Under the pieces are notes generated by a model, which did no database searches, had not been told where the DNA came from, and was given only the letters and a program-made list of their open reading frames with translations. A stretch of 64,000 nt of DNA from contig NC_092354.1 in NCBI RefSeq assembly GCF_963676685.1, positions 81,840,001-81,904,000 of the forward strand. The letters run 5' to 3'. Position 1 is the stretch's first letter, and each line of letters starts with the position of its first letter. Made by a program: the position numbers and the translations under genes. Source of the stretch: Mytilus edulis (lineage: Eukaryota). Of the stretch, positions 30,846 through 44,767 are shown in pieces.

Positions 30846-32217
30846 AAACACTATTCCTATTGCTGCATGTGTAACCAACAAAGGCACTTAATTTCAAGAA
30901 TTACACTTGCTTATGACATGAATGAAGAATGAAGTTTTATGCAGAATTCACTTATAAACATATAACTCCATCAAACAAATTGTTGTTAAATAAAGGGTCC
31001 AGACTACAGAGGATGTAGAATCCATAAAAAGACAGATAACCGATGGTTCTCCACACTTCAGTACAATCTATGAAAAATCTGTAACCAGATGGTTTTGTCT
31101 CGAGGTGAATTATAAGATCATCTCCATAATCTCTTTTATATCAAAGGTCAGTAGTCACTAAATAGTTACAGCAGTAATCATAGAGCTATATTCAAGGCAC
31201 TGGTTTGTTCCAATTGGATATCCATAAAACCTTTCAAATAATTAAGAATCCTGAGTTTTCTGTATTGCAAAACTCCACAGGTTATCTGATAATATCAACT
31301 GTTGTCAAATTCTTTTTTCAAATAAGCCTGAATATGTTCTGTATATTTTCTAGCAATACTAATTTATTTCCAATTATATATTAACATTTGCAAATTTTTC
31401 TCATATGATCATGAAATCTTAGTCATAAAATTTTCAAGGAATAAAAATATTAATTGCAAAACAAATAAAATTTCACTACTACATTATAACCTCTACTAGT
31501 CACAGACAATACTGTATTATAAATTTGTCCTTTTCTATGACAATTATTCATTTTATTGAGTTTAACATAACCCTTCCCACAATGCATCTAACAGAATCCC
31601 TCTCCCATTATTATTTTATCAAAGTCCCATGTGCTTTTATTTAATTAAAGAACTTAATCTAGGTTATCAAAAAGCTTTCACAGCAAACTACTACATAGTA
31701 TAGTTACAAACACCCAAGTGATTGTTCAATTAGTAAATTGGAATTACAAACATTGTGCTATTTAATTTCCCCAGTAGATGGAGATCAATTCATTGTTTGT
31801 CGCGACATGACAAAAAATTGACGTTTAGTGGGAAAAAATGCAGTTTATTCAAACTGATAATAAGAGTTCTTAGAGTACATCAGCATGTTATAAATGGTTC
31901 ATGCAACTTTCCCTTGTTAAAACAAGTGCTGTTCGTATTACATTTGACAAGATTTTCCTTTTTCAATGTGTTGTTAATTTTTTTTCAAAATATATAAATT
32001 GTTCATACAACTCTCTGTTCATAAAAAAATATCTATACATTTGTACATGATTTCCATTCTAAATGTTTTTTTCATTTTTTCAAAAAAATTAAATTTTCCA
32101 TGTTTTGAAAAATTTAAATCACTGCAAATTAAATTAATTACCTGTTAGTGGGTCTAGATAAGGGTTTATACAAATCTTCTTTATCTCGTGCAGGATAATC
32201 AAAATCTATACATAGTA

Positions 32218-32418
32218 CTGTGAATTCATTATTATTCGATGAATACCAATTGTCATGGATTTTGTAAGTACAGGCATGACAGGTGAACCATGAAATTAAA
32301 TGTTTAAGGAATAAAAAATGTGGTATGCAAACTAAGGCAAAACCATGAAATTAAATATCCATAAACATGTAAGTTTTCCTTAATCCAAGAATACCCACAG
32401 AAATAAATGAATCCACAG
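32218..32418. mobile_element. About 200-bp Tc1/mariner-type MITE (copy)
   Basis: TA|CTGTGAATTCATT ... AATGAATCCACAG|TA. Confidence 0.85.
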
Positions 32419-32461
32419 TATAACATTTTTCCCCATGTTAAAATAGCTAAGAAGTTTTATT

Positions 32462-32601
32462 CAGAGGCGGATTTAGGGGCGGCCCACCTTTTGAGAAAAA
32501 AAATTGGTTGCTTGTATAGGGAATCACAGAAGCGTGATGAAATTGGGCCCCCTCTTAGGCAGCCAGTGGGCCCCCAATTATAAATTCTGGATCCGCCACT
32601 G
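32462..32601. mobile_element. Small hAT-like MITE with 5-bp TSD
   Basis: TTATT|CAGAGGCGGATTTAG ... CTGGATCCGCCACTG|TTATT; degenerate sister copy at about 57905-58077. Confidence 0.7.
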
Positions 32602-33409
32602 TTATTCATATTAAAATATCAAAAGAGCACACACTAAATTCTTATGCCTTTTTTATTGATTATAGAGTGATTTTAATTGATAACTCATAAGTTTTCATGA
32701 ACTACCACAAATATATAAATTAATCATTAAATTCATAATTTTGATAAAATATTGTCATGAAAGAGATACCCTTGACACAATCTCTATAATTATCTATCAG
32801 TAATACATGTAATAGATATGTTCCAGATTTCATAACTAATGACACATATATAAAGCTTCATAATTAACGTACAAAATTAATCAAACCAGAACTAAGTAAC
32901 AATCCATGGCCTACTATACTATATTAATATAATTTAATCAAACTTATATCATATTTGGTCATAAAATATATGAATAAAATCTCGTAGGAAAATGATGATA
33001 TTGGTATAGACTCATGAAAATGAACCATCCAATTTCAACTTTGTGGAGTACTGTTACTAATTTATTGCTTCAATGCTCCAATCAAGACAAGTTCTACGTT
33101 CCCTATATCAAGGGAAGTAATTAATCATCAGTCAAATAATTCGGTTAATAAAAATATTAAATGATTGTACAGCAGCGTTTGTCTTCATTATGACACCCTA
33201 TTGTGATACACCCTACTGAGAAGAGGTTACTGTTTTACACCTAAACAACACAATGATGTATCTATTATAATACACCCACAAATTATATATTGATCATCTA
33301 TCTATTTCCATTCACTTTTGCTATCATCATAAACTAAAATATAAAGTATATTCTAGCTTTAAAGTCTGTTGGGAAATTGAAACTCCTACTATCTGATCAA
33401 GTACGATGT

Positions 33410-36400
33410 GACAGTTGACCAGTTTCAGTGTGTCATCAAGAGAAAGTTGGTCAGGTGGAGTGTGTCATTAAGAGAAAGTTGGTCAGGTACAGTGTGCCAT
33501 CAATTAAAAGTTGACCAGGTGCAGTGTGTCATCAATAGAAAGTTGGTCAAGTACAGTGTGTCATCAATAGAAAGTTGGCCAGGTGCAGTGTGTCATCAAT
33601 AGAAAGTTGGCCAGGTGCAGTGTGTCATCATGAAAAACTTGATCAAGTGGAGTGTGTCAAGAGAAAGTTGTCCAGGTGTAGTGTGTCATCAAGAGAAAAT
33701 CTGCCAGTTGCAGTGTGTCATCAAGAGAAATTTGGCTAAGAGCAGTGTGTCATTAAGAGAAAGTTGCTCAGGTGTAGTGTGTCATCAAAAACTTGATCAA
33801 GTGGAGTGTGTCAAGAGAAAGTTGTCCAGGTGTAGTGTGTCATCAAGAGAAAATCTGCCAGTTGCAGTGTGTCATCAAGAGAAATTAGGCTAAGTGCAGT
33901 GTGTCATTAAGAGAAAGTTGCTCAGGTGTAGTGTGTCATCAAGAGAAAGTTGACAAGTGTAGTGTGTCATCAAGAGAAAGTTGCTCAGGTGTAGTGTGTC
34001 ATCAAGAGAAAGTTGACAGGTGTAGTAGGTCATCAAGAGAAAGTTGACAGGTGTAGTGTGTCATCAAGAGAAAGTTGACAGGTGTAGTGTGTCATCAAGA
34101 GAAAGTTGACAGGTGTAGTGTGTCATCAAGAGAAAGTTGACAGGTGTAGTAGGTCATCAAGAGAAAGTTGACAGGTGTAGTGTGTCATCAAGAGAAAGTT
34201 GACAGGTGTAGTGTGTCATCAAGAGAAAGTTGACAGGTGTAGTGTGTCATCAAGAGAAAGTTGGCAAGGTGTTGTGTGTCATCAAGAGAAAGTTGCTCAG
34301 GTGTAGTGTGTCATCAAGAGAAAGTTGACAGGTGTAGTAGGTCATCAAAAGAAAGTTGGTCAGGTGTAGTGTGTCATCAAGATAAAGTTGCTCAGGTGTA
34401 GTGTGTCATCAAGAGAAAGTTGACAGGTGTAGTGTGTCATCAAGAGAAAGTTGACAGGTGTAGTGTGTCATCAAGATAAAGTTGCTCAGGTGTAGTGTGT
34501 CATCAAGAGAAAGTTGACAGGTGTAGTGTGTCATCAAGAGAAAGTTGGCCAAGTGCAGTGTGTCATCATGAAAAACTTGATCAAGTGGAGTGTGTCAAGA
34601 GAAAGTTGTCCAGGTGTAGTGTGTCATCAAGAGAAAATCTGCCAGTTGCAGTGTGTCATCAAGAGAAATTTGGCTAAGTGCAGTGTGTCATTAAGAGAAA
34701 GTTGCTCAGGTGTAGTGTGTCATCAAGAGAAAGTTGACAGGTGTAGTGTGTCATCAAGAGAAAGTTGCTCAGGTGTAGTGTGTCATCAAGAGAAAGTTGC
34801 TCAGGTGTAGTGTGTCATCAAGAGAAAGTTGACAGGTGTAGTGTGTCATCAAGAGAAAGTTGACAGGTGTAGTGTGTCATCAAGAGAAAGTTGGCAAGGT
34901 GTTGTGTGTCATCAAGAGAAAGTTGCTCAGGTGTAGTGTGTCATCAAGAGAAAGTTGACAGGTGTAGTAGGTCATCAAAAGAAAGTTGGTCAGGTGTAGT
35001 GTGTCATCAAGATCAAGTTGCTCAGGTGTAGTGTGTCATCAAGAGAAAGTTGACAGGTGTAGTGTGTCATCAAGAGAAAGTTGACAGGTGTAGTGTGTCA
35101 TCAAGAGAAAGTTGGCAAGGTGTTGTGTGTCATCAAGAGAAAGTTGCTCAGGTGTAGTGTGTCATCAAGAGAAAGTTGACAGGTGTAGTGTGTCATCAAG
35201 AGAAAGTTGGCAAGGTGTTGTGTGTCATCAAGAGAAAGTTGGCCAGGTGGAGTGTGTCATCAAGAGAAAGTTGACCAGGTGGAGTGTGTCATCAAGAGAA
35301 AGTTGCTCAGGTGGAGTGTGTCATTAAGAGAAAGTTGACAGGTGTAGTGTGTCATCAAGAGAAAGTTGACAGGTGTAGTAGGTCATCAAGAGAAAGTTGG
35401 TCAGGTGTAGTGTGTCATCAAGAGAAAGTTGGCAAGGTGTTGTGTGTCATCAAGAGAAAGTTGCTCAGGTGTAGTGTGTCATCAAGAGAAAGTTGACAGG
35501 TGGAGTGTGTCATCAAGAGAAAGTTGACAGGTGTAGTGTGTCATCAAGAGAAAGTTGACAGGTGTAGTAGGTCATCAAGAGAAAGTTGGCAAGGTGTTGT
35601 GTGTCATCAAGATAAAGTTGACAGGTGTAGTAGGTCATCAAGAGAAAGTTGGTCAGGTGGAGTGTGTCATCAAGAGAAAGTTGGTCAGGTGGAGTGTGTC
35701 ATCAAGAGATAGTTGACAGGTGTAGTGTGTCATCAAGAGAAAGTTGGTCAGGTATAGTGTGTCATCAAGAGAAAGTTGGTCAGGTGGAGTGTGTCATCAA
35801 GAGAAAGTTGGTCAGGTGGAGTGTGTCATCAAGAGATAGTTGACAGGTGTAGTGTGTCATCAAGAGAAAGTTGGTCAGGTATAGTGTGTCATCAAGAGAA
35901 AGTTGGTCAGGTGGAGTGTGTCATCAAGAGAAAGTTGACAGGTGTAGTGTGTCATAAAGAGAAAGTTGGCAAGGTGTTGTGTGTCATCAAGAGAAAGTTG
36001 ACAGGTGTAGTGTGTCATCAAGAGAAAGTTGACAGGTGTAGTGTGTCATCAAGAGAAAGTTGGTCAGGTGTAGTGTGTCATCCAGAGAAAGTTGGTCAGG
36101 TGGAGTGTGTCATCAAGAGAAAGTTGGTCAGGTGGAGTGTGTCATCAAGAGAAAGTTGGTCAGGTGGAGTGTGTCATCAAGAGAAAGTTGGTCAGGTGTA
36201 GTGTGTCATCAAGAGAAAGTTGGTCAGGTGGAGTGTGTCATCAAGAGAAAGTTGGTCAGGTGTAGTGTGTCATAAAGAGAAAGTTGGCCAGGTGGAGTGT
36301 GTCATCAAGAGAAAGTTGGCCAGGTGGAGTGTGTCATCAAGAGAAAGTTGGCCAGGTGGAGTGTCATCAAGAGAAAGTTGGTCAGGTGTAGTGTGTCATC

Positions 36401-37535
36401 AAGAGAAAGTTGGTCAGGTGGAGTGTGCCATCACGAGAAAGTTGGCCAGGTGGAGTGTCATCAAGAGAAAGTTGGTCAGGTGTAGTGTGTCATCACGAGA
36501 AAGTTGGTCAGGTACAGTGTGTCATCACGAGAAAGTTGGTCAGGTGGAGTGTGTCATCAACAGAAAGTTGGTCAGGTGTAGTGTGTCATAAAGAGAAAGT
36601 TGACAGGTGGAGTGTGTCATCAACAGAAAGTTGGTCAGGTGTAGTGTGTCATCAAGAGAAAGTTGGTCAGGTGGAGTGTGTCATCAAGAGAAAGTTGGTC
36701 AGGTGGAGTGTGTCATCAAGTGAAAGTTGGTCAGGTGGAGTGTGTCATCAAGAGAAAGTTGGCCAGGTGGAGTGTGTCATCAAGAGAAAGTTGGTCAGGT
36801 GGAATGTGTCATCAAGAGAAAGTTGGTCAGGTGGAGTGTGTCATCAAGTGAAAGTTGGTCAGGTGGAGTGTGTCATCAAGACAAAGTTGGCAAGGTGGAG
36901 TGTGTCATAAAGACAAAGTTGGTCAGGTGGAGTGTGTCATCAAGAGAAAGTTGGTAAGGTGGAGTGTGTCAAGAGAAAGTTGGTCAGGTGGAGTGTGTCA
37001 TAAAGACAAAGTTGGTCAGGTGTAGTGTGTCATCAAGTGAAAGTTGGTCAGGTGGAGTGTGTCATAAAGAGAAAGTTGGTCAGGTGTAGTGTGTCATCAA
37101 GTGAAAGTTGGTCAGGTGGAGTGTGTCATCAAGACAAAGTTGGCAAGGTGGAGTGTGTCATAAAGACAAAGTTGGTCAGGTGGAGTGTGTCATCAAGAGA
37201 AAGTTGGTAAGGTGGAGTGTGTCAAGAGAAAGTTGGTCAGGTGGAGTGTGTCATAAAGACAAAGTTGGTCAGGTGGAGTGTGTCATCAAGTGAAAGTTGG
37301 TCAGGTGGAGTGTGTCATAAAGACAAAGTTGGTCAGGTGGAGTGTGTCATCAAGTGAAAGTTGGTCAGGTGGAGTGTGTCATAAAGAGAAAGTTGGTCAG
37401 GTGTAGTGTGTAATCAACAGAAAGTTGACCAATTGCAGTGTATCATCAATAGAAAGTTGTATTGGTCAACAGGTGTAGTGTGTCATCAACAGAAAGTTGT
37501 ATTGGTCAACAGGTGTAGTGTGTCATCAAATGAAA
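33410..37535. repeat. 4.1-kb tandem satellite, 31-32 bp unit (GTGTGTCATCAAGAGAAAGTTGGTCAGGTGGA and variants), about 130 copies
   Basis: Directly visible periodicity, with variant blocks and higher-order duplications. Confidence 0.98.
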
Positions 37536-40500
37536 ATTGCACAATGTGTTCAATATATATATGTCAAGAGAGCTAAACAATGCTACAATGATGACAGAAA
37601 CTATATAGGTACATCACCTGAACCTTGTGGTCATTGGTTGTTTTTGGAAAAGGTGCAAATCAGTTACTAGACCATGAGAGCCTTAAAACAGAACCTATTC
37701 AAATAAGCAAAATAGGGCAATCATTTAACTTTTACCATTTTTTTTATAAGAGGACATCATGAAACACAACCCTGCTTTATACAAACTACAGAGGCTAATG
37801 TGTGACAACCCATTCCATTGATTTCCAAAACGTAGAAAAATAAACTGTACAAGGTATACAATATAGTTACAAGATAAATAGTTGATAGAGTAGGTTATCT
37901 CCCTTCAATTAACAATCAGCATGTAAGATCGGTATGTCTCGCTTTTGCAACTATAGTTGCAGGCTCAACAAAAATATGGAAAAAAATTATTAAAATTGTC
38001 CTCTAGATACAATTTTTTGATAGTAAGAATCTTCTGTCCGATTTTGGTAAAAATCCAGGAAGGTTTATGAATCAAATACTTTTTTTAAAAACTTGAACTG
38101 CAGACTGTACATGTATGTTATGTTAACTGGAAAAAAAGTCCCTTTAAAAGTACTAGTAATACAGAAAAACAGGAAATGTTGGGTTTTTTTACAAAATTTC
38201 TTTCTTGATACTTGCTTTTGATCATAAACAAGCTTCTGTTGTACATGTACAAATCCAGGATATTTTAAGACAGTTATAAAAATTCTAAAAACCTTTAACA
38301 CAGAGTGAATGTAATATTAAATAGCAGAAAAACTAAGTCTATTTATAAGTTAAAAAAAAGATAAACAGTCATTTTTTTTTACAAAATTTACTTCTGGATA
38401 CGATCTTATGATGATAAACCAACTTCCGATAATGTTTGGTAGAAATTCTGGATAGTATAAAATAGTTTAAAATTTCAAGAAAATTAACCACAAAGTGAAT
38501 ATTTGTGGACGCCCACTGCCGCCGATGATAACAACAACTGAATGTAGGGTTGCTATGTTTCAGTTTTGCAACAAAAGTTGCAGGCTTGATAAAAATCATT
38601 CAAAAATTTGTTTTGCCCTCCTCCCCTTAGTGATATATATATAATGCTGCAATTACTGTCCCTTTCCCCCCTTCGAAATTGCTGTGTCCACCCCTGGAAT
38701 TCATGGTTTAACATTATTTCATCTTCTATTCATCTTATACATATGTTATATATTCACTGGTACATTTATTTTACCAATAGAATAGCATATTTACATTGCA
38801 TATTACTATAAATCAATTAAATACAATAAGAGGTATTATTTGTTGGTTATCAATTAGACTAATGAATATTATAAATAATTGACTTACTAACAAACGAAGG
38901 CATGCTAATCTCTGATCTCCGTTAAACCTGACTTATCTATGCCAAAATTACTCATCACAACACCCTAATTAGCACAGACACACAAAAAACTACCTACTTC
39001 ACAGCAATGTTAATTAATTAATTGTGTTAATTAAAATAATGGTTATTGTAACTTAAGGGCAAAATAATCAATAAAGCCGTAGTTGTCAACGAGAGGAAAT
39101 CAAGTTTACATTCCGATTACACCAGCCAAAATAGAAATTCAATAATTATACACAGATATCTGACAATAAACAGACTTTCTTCAAAATACGCTTAATTGAT
39201 TTGAACTGACTTCAACAGGTCATATAGAGGTAAATAACCATCAATGGTCAAATCTGGTCATCATATATATAGAGGTAAATAACCGTCAATGGTCAAATCT
39301 GGTCAGTGCCATTTTACCATGTATGACACCAAATTTCTAACAAGGTTAATTACCAGGTATTACTGTTAAAATGTAGTGCACAACATCTATTCAAAAATAA
39401 TATAGAAAATACAGGGCTTATAATCATGATAATTGTGAATGCCTAATCTTTCATATGTTTATTAAAAGCAGTATAAAGTTTGGACTTAAATGCCAACAAA
39501 TAATTGATTTTACACAGAAATTACATCAGATCAAAGTGTTATTTTTTTTCAAATAACAAACAAATAAAAAAAAAAGCTGCAAAAGCTGCAAAAACTCAAT
39601 TCTGATTAAACAAGTGTTATTGTCATAAATTGTTTTTGTAAGTAAACTGTGGTAAATAAATGCAAACTTCAAATATCCTAACAAAATTAATATCATCAAA
39701 GACAAAATTCAATTTTAATTACTATCATGACTATGTTCGACAACTAATCACATAAATTGTGACTAGCAACCCTCTTTTATCGCTGACATTTTTACTATTA
39801 ATCAAATTTCAACACATTCTCTATGGGAGTGAAATTCTGACTAAAACAGTGCTTATTGAAAAATGACAAAAAAAACATTGTTAAGTGATAAATCTGAAAA
39901 TGCATCACACGGTATACAATGGTATAGCTGACTTATATAAACCCTGAAACCAAATTTCAGAAATCCTTGTATTATATATAGTTCCTGAGAAAAATGGGAC
40001 AATCATTTTCAACTTGACTATCATGTGTTCAGTAAACAGGAAGTTGTTGAGTGATGAATCTGAAAACATGATATAGCTGACTAATACAAACCCTGAAAGC
40101 AAATTTAAGAAATCCCTATGATGTAGTAGTCTATGAGAAAGATGCCACAAAAATATTCATGGGATGGACAGATGGATGGACTGATGGATGGTTTGACTGA
40201 GGGATGGTTGGACTGACAGAGGTAAAACAGTGTACCCCACTTTTTTAAAGCAGGGGTATAATGTACCAATTGTTTACACTAAAATGTGTAATGTCATCAA
40301 ATTTTACTCATTCAAAATATGTATATCACTATATGGTTAAATGTCTACATCAATAGTTTATATCAACCAAATGTTTAATCATTTATTTGATTTCAGTACT
40401 GGTTCTATTTCTTATGATTTTTCTGTAAAAGTCAAGAATTTTAACTCATATTCTAAAACAAAGAAAAAATACATATGGATCAATGTTTTATTAAAAGAAT

Positions 40501-40704
40501 TTTCTGTTAATGGTTAAATAAAAATTCTTTGTATACTAAATATAAAATCGTTCCCTTTCAAACATTAGCATGAAAAACTTTGACCAAAGTGTTCTACTAA
40601 ATCCTACTTGGCCAGACAAACGGCAATGTCCAAATAAATGATGCTGCAATTGTATAGATGTTTAATCTTGTTTTTTGTAAACAAACTATTTGATGTTCTA
40701 GTTA

Positions 40705-41973
40705 CAGTAGATTCCGGTTATTTGCATAGCCTATTTGTCAGACAAAATTATGCAATAAAGCGGAGTATGCTTATATCCGAAATGCAAAATGACAGAGCCA
40801 AATAACATCGATAGAACAGATCAGGTAAAAGAAATCCCTGAAGAAAGATGAATGTCTGTAATCCACATACAATATACTGAATGTTGATTTATTCTAATAA
40901 AAATGTTATGTCTACTCTAGTGTCATATGTGTTATTTTATTTTGTTTCTTTAAATAAAGATTATAAACACGTTTAGTTTTAGTTTATTTGCATTCAGACT
41001 TTCCTTTACCTGGGATACGAAAATAAACTGTTCTAAAAATAGATTTGTTTCTATGACCCATATGTACAATGTACATTGTTAGGCTTTGATTAAAATAAAC
41101 TTTTAAACAATACTTCACAGTTTATAATTATTTTAACAATTGATGTGTAATGAATTGCTGTTGATATGCAGTTGGGCACTGAAGTAACAACTTGTTAGTT
41201 TCGTATATGCAAAGCAGTAATGGTGGGGCCCTGTACGGGTTAATTCATGGACACAAGTGTTGAAAGTGGGAAAATATAATAATTAAAAGTAAATGCTCTT
41301 TTCATAAAATATTAAAAACAAATGATTGATGTATAAAATTCTTTAACCATATGTAAATGCCCTATAATATTAACATTAATACAGATCACCCCAAGCCCAA
41401 TAGAGATAGAGTTCACATTGGTTATGATCGATAATTAGCAGGAGTTTTTGTTTTAAAAATTAACCCCAAATGTAATCTATGGACAATTGTTTAAATCCAA
41501 TCAATTAATCAACACCCTTTGAAGTAGAATGGTCAGTGTTTTTACAACAATTATCTGTTTGACATTTTTATGACCTCGAGGCTTAAAATAGAACATGGGA
41601 AACTTTACCTGTGTAGACATCGAGGTTTATTTTTAAATCAAATTCCATAATATAAACACGAAAGAAACTGTTTTAAAACTTTATTTCAATAACACAAAAG
41701 TAAATATGAAATAATAACGAAAATAAGGATGCATTCAAGAAAAATATACTTACCAAATGACTGTTTCCGGTAAAAAAATCTCGTCAGTTTTAACTAAGCA
41801 TATCTAGATGGCAATAATTTTCTATGCAATAAACCGAAAGGCCACTTTTAGAGCTATGCATATAACCGGACAATTTAACACTAGATGAATGGGAAATGGT
41901 TTTGTGCAGGAGAAAACTATGCAATTAACCGAATTATGCTATTAAGCGGTATGCAATTAAGTGGAATCGACTG
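40705..41973. mobile_element. pogo/Tigger-type non-autonomous DNA transposon
   Basis: TA|CAGTAGATTCCGGTTATTTGCATA ... TATGCAATTAAGTGGAATCGACTG|TA, with subterminal TATGCAATWAANCG repeats. Confidence 0.8.
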
Positions 41974-42746
41974 TATATGCAAATTTCATAAAATTGACTA
42001 CATTTTGTAGGATCATTTGAAATACCTCATCAGGGAAAAGCAAACGCAACCAGATTTTAAACTGCGAGAAATCAAAATATTTTTCAGTGAATCCCATTTC
42101 TACCTTATTCCATGTATTCCCTGTGATTAAACAAAAAACAATTCCTAAACAAAACCTAATTTTCTAATCATTTATAACATGATTAATTGCTATAATCATG
42201 ATAATCATGATAATCAAAGCTGTGAAAATAAAAAAAAAATTTCAATGCCTCAAAGCTGGGAAAATAATAAAGAGAATTTCAATGCCAAAAACAGTTTCAA
42301 AATTCAAGACACTCATGCACAGTCACAACAAACTACAGTAAGTCTGTTGAGGACAAATTAGTGGCAACTCACCATGCTCACCAATGATCAATTTACCTAA
42401 ATATTCTACCAACTCTTCCCACTAATGAAAAGGAGTTAATCCCCTTCAAATTTAGGCCAGCCAACTCAAATGAAATGAATAAAATCCCACTGAATTTAGA
42501 CCTATCAAATCACCCTACTAATGAAAGGAGTTAAATCCCTCTGAATTTAGGCCTGCCAACTCCCATGATTACAATCTTTTTAATTATGTGTTGTTTTAAA
42601 TGTCTTTAAAACAGCAGGTTTGTGTTAAATTTTATGAATGAGTTACACCTGGCCTAATAGCAAATATTGAAACATGTGATTCTTTAGGCAAGAGTGAGAA
42701 TTTCATCTAACAATCAGTTCTAACTGTGAGGTAATATAAACATATA

Positions 42747-44767
42747 TGGACCATAATTTGGTATTCGGCCTTTGGTTACTTTTTGTATCCTTTTTTATAA
42801 GTTCTAAAACTTTAACTTTTATTCTGTGGGTTGTGTTGGTGTTAGAATAGTATTAATGGAAAAATTGAGTTTTTCAAGAAAAAAATAATACATTTTAATT
42901 CACCGTTTACATGACAGGAAACCAAACAGGAAACCAATCTTTATTTTCTTTATTTTGTACAATATATTTCAAAAGACATAAATGAACACCATTACTAGTG
43001 TTACTTGCTTCATGTTAATATTTAAAATTTATTTTCAATGTTTAATTAAAGGTTTTTTTAAACGTGACAGGAAACCATAAGAAACCGAAAGCATTTTTTT
43101 AGTTTTATTTTATTGCAAAATCTGCTTAAAATAGTCTGAACAGTATACTTTTTCTTTAAATCCATCTTAAATGTAACAGTATTATAAAACTCCTAAATAT
43201 GTGCTTGTTTTGAAAACAATTAGTACAATTTATTCAGAAATTTCCATATTTTCTTCATTGATACAGGATACCATAATCGTTGTATCTTGATGTTTTAGCC
43301 AAAAAAATGTATTTATATTTGGTTTTGAAATTCCAGTTATATACAATTTATTCCAAATCATTGGCAATGTAAAATTCTTTAAATCCAGTAAAGAAAAAAA
43401 ACTTTTAACTTGGAATTAAAATCTTTAAAATAGGCACCATGTGATATTTGTGACCTGTACACCATCTACATGGTTTCCACAATTTAACCTACTTTAGTGG
43501 GCTAAAATCAATAAAGTGCTTCCTTTCAAGTCATGCATGGTAAAAGTTTACTTCTCCTTTGACAAGTTTATTGCGTTTCTGAAAATGTTTGCAGAACATG
43601 AATAAAAAAAAATAATTAAAAATTGTGACAAAGATACCAACTTTGTACATTCCAAGTGTAACGGTATATTAACATGTATTTTTTATTAAGTTATCTTTAT
43701 TCACCTAAAATATCCAGTAATATTTACTGCTGAAGCAAAATCAATCCAACGAGCATCGGCACAATGATAAGAGACGTAATGTCGATTGAATTTTCCAAGG
43801 ACCCTTTACATCGTTATCAGGAAACAAAGTGTGTCATAACGTCTGTCAAATCTGAAATCGATTTTGTCAAGTCATTGGGCATTTATTTTCACACAAGATC
43901 GTATGTAACATTATGCACATAGGAAAAACAATAGACCCCCGGTGCAATCTCTTTGAAAATTGTATTTTCCTTTTTTAAACAAGACGAAACAAGTCTACAG
44001 ATTACATTTGTATGTTTGCTAACATCCCGTTGGAAACAAAAACAATGTTTAGACCTAGTATTTCATACATCCGGCCGTAAGGGCGTGATCACATGTTAGT
44101 CACATGTTTCAAGTATGACCCGAAATGATTAGAACTTAACGACAAAAACAATTTTAATAAAAAAAAGGAAATAACTGGACTTCTGTTTCGTTTGAAATGT
44201 AACGCATGACGATAACGTCATTATCTAACTTAATTATTACGAAGAACAAAACTAGAATGTAAATCATCTCTGATTTACCTGTTTGAACATCTCGCGAGAG
44301 TTCATATTTGCATATTGTTATAAAGAATTCTATTACAACAAAGCAGATTACATCATCTAAAATTTGCGTTACGAAATTGGAAACCAAAGTAACGCTAGTG
44401 TTCTTACACCTGCTACAGAAATACTTATAGTTCTCGGCATTTTCTTCTGACTATTCTTATTGGTCGATGTTCTTTATTATTTGAAAGCAAAAGTTACGAA
44501 TTTGCCGGTGACGATTATCTATAAATCAGTCAGCGTTATGCACTTCGGAAGCGAAAAGTAACGCGAGAAACGACACAAAAATACTGTCGTATAATCTTTG
44601 AAATTTGTTAATTTCAATTTTTTTTCTAGGGAAGAGTAGCATACACTTGTATGTTGATAAAAATAAAGGCATCTTTAGATGTAGTTACAACCTTTCTTAC
44701 AGTAATACACATTTTTATCACTTTTCTATCGTTATAGGAAACGAGCCCAATAGCAAATTATGGTCCA
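42747..44767. mobile_element. Putative 2-kb TIR element enclosing a CpG-rich promoter-like segment
   Basis: TATA|TGGACCATAATTTGGTATTCGGC ... GCCCAATAGCAAATTATGGTCCA|TATA (2 mismatches in about 23 bp). Confidence 0.6.

Noticed and set aside
32142-32436. Possible first exon MGKNVILCIDFDYPARDKEDLYKPLSRPTN reconstructed after removing the MITE at 32218-32418
   Set aside because: Its donor (CAG|GTAATT) is phase 2 and would hit a stop in the shared exon; indistinguishable from chance.
33408-37293. Many overlapping Cys/Val/Ser-rich ORFs (VCHQEKV, SVSSRESW)
   Set aside because: All three frames give permutations of the 31-32 bp satellite unit; no real start or splice structure.
33410-37535. CRISPR-like array interpretation (also considered for 5321-6420 and 12450-12980)
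   Set aside because: Units are contiguous with no unique spacers, there are no cas genes, and the context is eukaryotic.
44154-44387. 77-aa minus-strand ORF
   Set aside because: Starts at TTG, has no recognisable motif, and lies inside a putative TIR element.
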